Positions 61,010 to 64,000 of a stretch of DNA of 64,000 nt are shown here, piece by piece. The notes beneath the pieces were generated by a model, which was not told the origin of the DNA, made no database searches, and saw only the letters and a list, made by a program, of their open reading frames with translations. Source of the stretch: an uncultured Alphaproteobacteria bacterium. Lineage in GTDB: Bacteria > Pseudomonadota > Alphaproteobacteria > Rs-D84. Both the position numbers and the translations under genes were made by a program. The DNA lies in assembly GCA_944392815.1 (NCBI GenBank), contig CALXXY010000002.1, positions 152,257 through 216,256 of the forward strand. Reading direction: 5' to 3'. Numbering within the stretch: position 1 is the stretch's first letter; the number at the start of each line of letters is the position of its first letter.

Positions 61010-61641
61010 ACAATACCAGAACTGGCCGCCCAATAAAAAAACAGGTGATTTATGTTGCCTGCGAAGGGGGCTCTAATGGAACAGAAGGGACATACATCAA
61101 ACAATTATGCGATCATTATAATTGCTCAATTGTTTGGGTATATCCCAAACCATTAAATGATCCTTTACAACTTGTACAAACTGCGATTAACTTCTCTAAA
61201 TTACAGGAAGCCAGACCAAATTCCCACTTATGGGTTATATTTGATAATGATATTCCTGACAGGGTTCATATGGCATTTGAAGCCGCGGAACAATATAACA
61301 ATTCATTAAAAAACAATTCGACCAAATATTTGAATATAAATATTGCATTTAATGCACCAAGTATTGAAACATTTGGTCTGTTATGTTGTGGGATTACTAA
61401 AATATCCACAAATGCCAAAACAAACCAACAACAGTTATGCCACCCAACAATGCTTAATTACAGCCATAAAAAATCACCTAAAACCAGCCCACATTTTGAT
61501 TTTAATACAATGGAATCTGGTTATGATTTTGCAATCACACAGGCAAAGCAATGGGAACATTCACTAAATGGCGATCCAGAATACACAGCACATATATTCG
61601 CCGGTATTTACAAATTAACAGAACAAATCAAAAACAGCTAA
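60988..61641 (+). CDS. RloB-like (TOPRIM-fold) protein
   Basis: VACEG...TE..Y, WVIFDND, NAPSIE; overlaps the ATPase stop. Confidence 0.82.
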   Translation: MARNYKINNTRTGRPIKKQVIYVACEGGSNGTEGTYIKQLCDHYNCSIVWVYPKPLNDPLQLVQTAINFSKLQEARPNSHLWVIFDNDIPDRVHMAFEAAEQYNNSLKNNSTKYLNINIAFNAPSIETFGLLCCGITKISTNAKTNQQQLCHPTMLNYSHKKSPKTSPHFDFNTMESGYDFAITQAKQWEHSLNGDPEYTAHIFAGIYKLTEQIKNS

Positions 61642-61657
61642 ACACACAGGATTATAT

Positions 61658-63712
61658 ATGTCTTTTTCCATTCTTAATCACACAAAACAGTCACAGGAGG
61701 AACAGACAGATATTATTACAGATATTTTAACTTCTGGACCAAAAAAAGAAGGAATATGTGTATCTCTAACCGGTAATTTGGGAATTGGAAAAACATACAG
61801 ATGGAACAATGTTATTGCACAAGAAATAAAAGCAAAAAAATTCAAAACCGTTTATATATCTTGCTTCGGGAAAAGTCGGTTATGCGATATTAAATTGGAA
61901 CTATTGTATCAAATTATAAAAATACAACATCCAGGTATCCAGTTTATTATTTGTTTTATCTTAGCGATTATATTGTGTATACTTACTTGTGGCATTATTT
62001 TTAATATGAATGGTTTGACTTTTTCCTTTGGTGCCAGCTTAATTATATTTGCTTTATATTGTTTATTAGTGGGTTCTTTATATGACACTCTAGTAAAATA
62101 TCTCGCAAATAAATTCATTGGGGTAGATAACAATAACATAGATTTTTCAAATTTTTATAAAAATAACATTGTCTTGTGTTTTGATGATATAGAAAGAATC
62201 AGATCTAAACAAACTAGCGACAATATTTTTGGTTTTATAGAAGAACTAAAAAATATTGGATACCCAATATTACTCATTTTAAACCCAAATCAAATTCCAA
62301 AAAATGAAGACAGACAAAATATCTGGAATATTTTCAAAGAAAAAGTAATAACAGATGATTGTATACAAACAGATAATCCAAGCATATTAAATTCTATTTT
62401 GAGTGAATATTCTCTCAATGAACAAGAAATAAAATATCTACATAATATTTATAATAACTTATCACTTTTTGATAATGATATTCAAAATTATTCTGAAGAA
62501 GAAAAATCATTAATCCAGGAGAAAATAAAAATTAATTACAGATTAATAAAAATAATTATAAAAAATATACTATTTGTACGAAAATATCTAAAAGAATACG
62601 ATTCTTTGCAACAAAACACCATAGAATCAATACTATCTTTTATCGGTTTTTATACTGTATATAGTTATTTTGAAGAATTACAAACATCTTTAAAGAAAAA
62701 TGATACACCTGATAATGAAAATTCAAACGAAAAAAATAAATATTTTATAGAAATCAACGAAATAAAAACATTATATGATGCATACTATACACAACCTATA
62801 AACTTTAAATTAGGAAATAAAAAACATATAGGTAATATATTTATTATTCAACAACCATTAAAATATGAACAATTATTACAAATAAAACAATTATTAGATA
62901 GCAAACAATTGAACGGTTCCATAACCATTAACGAGTATATCACCGATACAGAAAAATTTGCTATGTTTAGACCAATAGAATGCAGAACGAATGAAATCAA
63001 ATCAAAGATTCAACAAATATACGAATCTATGATAAAAGAAGAAAATCCATTTACTTCTATGTCAAGCATGGGAGGAGTATTAGGACTTTATTGCAGCTGT
63101 AAATATGAATTATTAAATGATAAATTTTCTGAAAAAGATTTTGTAAATATATTAAAAGTTATGGAAAAGTTTATAAAACAAAACCAATCTAACCTAAAAT
63201 TAAATGAATTTATTCATCCATACAATAATCTAATATTTATAACTGACACAACAAAAAGGGACAAAAAACAGCAAGAATATCCCAAAGCTGTTGAATATCT
63301 AAACAAAGAATTCAAACGACTTGGACTAAAAAATGCTATAGAATTAGCCAAAGCCGACAAAAACTTCTTTGATACTTACCAAGACATCTATACAGATAGT
63401 ACTGGTCTTATTTATCTTTTTGTTTTGGCAACTGATACAAAATACCAAAAAGATTTATCTAATATGAAAAAGAATGAATATTCAAAATTCATCAACATTA
63501 TGCGATATTTAGCATATGGAGTCACTATCACATATCACGATTCCACGATAAAACTTCTGGATAACTCAAATACTTTTTTAAACAAATTAAAAAGATTCCT
63601 AATAAAAGAAATTAATTCAATAAGCAAATTACCAGATGCTGGTATATCAGAAAATAATGCGAAATCTGAATTACTAAAACTAATAAAAAATTCTACACAA
63701 AATGAGATTTAA
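61658..63712 (+). CDS. KAP-family P-loop NTPase with two TM helices
   Basis: GNLGIGKT, YISCFG, hydrophobic insert, VLCFDDIER, FKEKVI. Confidence 0.82.
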   Translation: MSFSILNHTKQSQEEQTDIITDILTSGPKKEGICVSLTGNLGIGKTYRWNNVIAQEIKAKKFKTVYISCFGKSRLCDIKLELLYQIIKIQHPGIQFIICFILAIILCILTCGIIFNMNGLTFSFGASLIIFALYCLLVGSLYDTLVKYLANKFIGVDNNNIDFSNFYKNNIVLCFDDIERIRSKQTSDNIFGFIEELKNIGYPILLILNPNQIPKNEDRQNIWNIFKEKVITDDCIQTDNPSILNSILSEYSLNEQEIKYLHNIYNNLSLFDNDIQNYSEEEKSLIQEKIKINYRLIKIIIKNILFVRKYLKEYDSLQQNTIESILSFIGFYTVYSYFEELQTSLKKNDTPDNENSNEKNKYFIEINEIKTLYDAYYTQPINFKLGNKKHIGNIFIIQQPLKYEQLLQIKQLLDSKQLNGSITINEYITDTEKFAMFRPIECRTNEIKSKIQQIYESMIKEENPFTSMSSMGGVLGLYCSCKYELLNDKFSEKDFVNILKVMEKFIKQNQSNLKLNEFIHPYNNLIFITDTTKRDKKQQEYPKAVEYLNKEFKRLGLKNAIELAKADKNFFDTYQDIYTDSTGLIYLFVLATDTKYQKDLSNMKKNEYSKFINIMRYLAYGVTITYHDSTIKLLDNSNTFLNKLKRFLIKEINSISKLPDAGISENNAKSELLKLIKNSTQNEI

Positions 63713-63752
63713 AATACACTTTTAAGATTTTTACACAATATTTCTTAAAAAC

Positions 63753-63774
63753 AATAGGGGAAAATCCCCCTATT
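63753..63774. terminator. Bidirectional terminator
   Basis: AATAGGGG-AAAATC-CCCCTATT between convergent genes. Confidence 0.7.
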
Positions 63775-64000
63775 TTACCCATTCAAATAATTATACACGG
63801 ATGCACGGCTGATGGAATATCGTTTCATCAGTTCTGATATTGGCCAAACAATCCTGTTCTGTGCCAGTTCTTTTAATTCCTGAATCTGTGCCGCGGTCAA
63901 TCGTTTCTTAGTTCCCTTGAACTTGCCATTGGCTTTGGCGATTGCTATGCCTTCCCGCTGGCGGGTTCGTATCAAAGTCCTTTCAAATTGTGCAATAGAT
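63775..64000 (-). CDS. Serine resolvase/invertase, C-terminal part (truncated by the window edge)
   Basis: IAQFERTLIRTRQREGIAIAKANGKFKG, HTH ISRASVYNYL. Confidence 0.9.
   Translation of the reverse strand, partial: SIAQFERTLIRTRQREGIAIAKANGKFKGTKKRLTAAQIQELKELAQNRIVWPISELMKRYSISRASVYNYLNG

Larger units (their letters stand above)
49379..64000. mobile_element. Integrative element/defence island inserted at tRNA-fMet (continues beyond the window)
   Basis: AT-rich from the tRNA 3' end onward; xis, tyrosine integrase, Rep, R-M-like enzyme, RloA/RloB, KAP NTPase, serine resolvase; tandem GGGGCAACC repeats at 49447-49466. Confidence 0.85.

Noticed and set aside
49379-64000. Prophage
   Set aside because: No terminase, capsid, tail or lysis genes are visible in the window.

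Overview
Bacterial chromosomal window from a Gram-negative organism with a compact genome, inferred to be an alphaproteobacterium (alpha-type addB, uvrB, gyrB, lolCD, lpxC/lpxK, initiator tRNA with an A-U pair in the anticodon stem). It may belong to a reduced gut lineage such as Rs-D84/'Enterousia', but that is an unverified inference. Positions 1-49.4 kb are mostly core genes: mnmE, acyl-CoA synthetase, xth, addB, engB, rsmI, lpoA-like, lolC/E-lolD, ftsQ, an ftsA::rpe fusion, tsaE, uvrB, aspS, pagL-like, ung, gyrB, a type IVb pilus pilOPQR-like cluster, lpxC and lpxK, plus five tRNAs. Two AT-rich islands are present. One is a two-methyltransferase R-M island at the tRNA-Thr 3' end (about 28-32 kb). 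The other starts at tRNA-fMet (49.4 kb) and runs past the window end, carrying xis/int/rep and defence cargo. The most notable signals are RNA elements read directly from the sequence. (1) A minimal T-box riboswitch upstream of aspS has an ultrashort K-turn Stem I, a GAC (Asp) specifier, no Stem II and a UGGC bulge matching tRNA-Asp G73. (2) A P1-C4/P4-CI-like antisense RNA with its own upstream targets lies in front of a 1229-aa nuclease-helicase-methyltransferase gene whose SAM-binding half appears to sit on a separate small protein. (3) A promoter-to-terminator countertranscript appears to gate the island's ART-like/xis/int/rep operon. Also notable are the FtsA-Rpe fusion and a four-gene exported Cys-rich family built from shuffled modules. 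All calls come from motif reading and hand-folding; no database searches were run.
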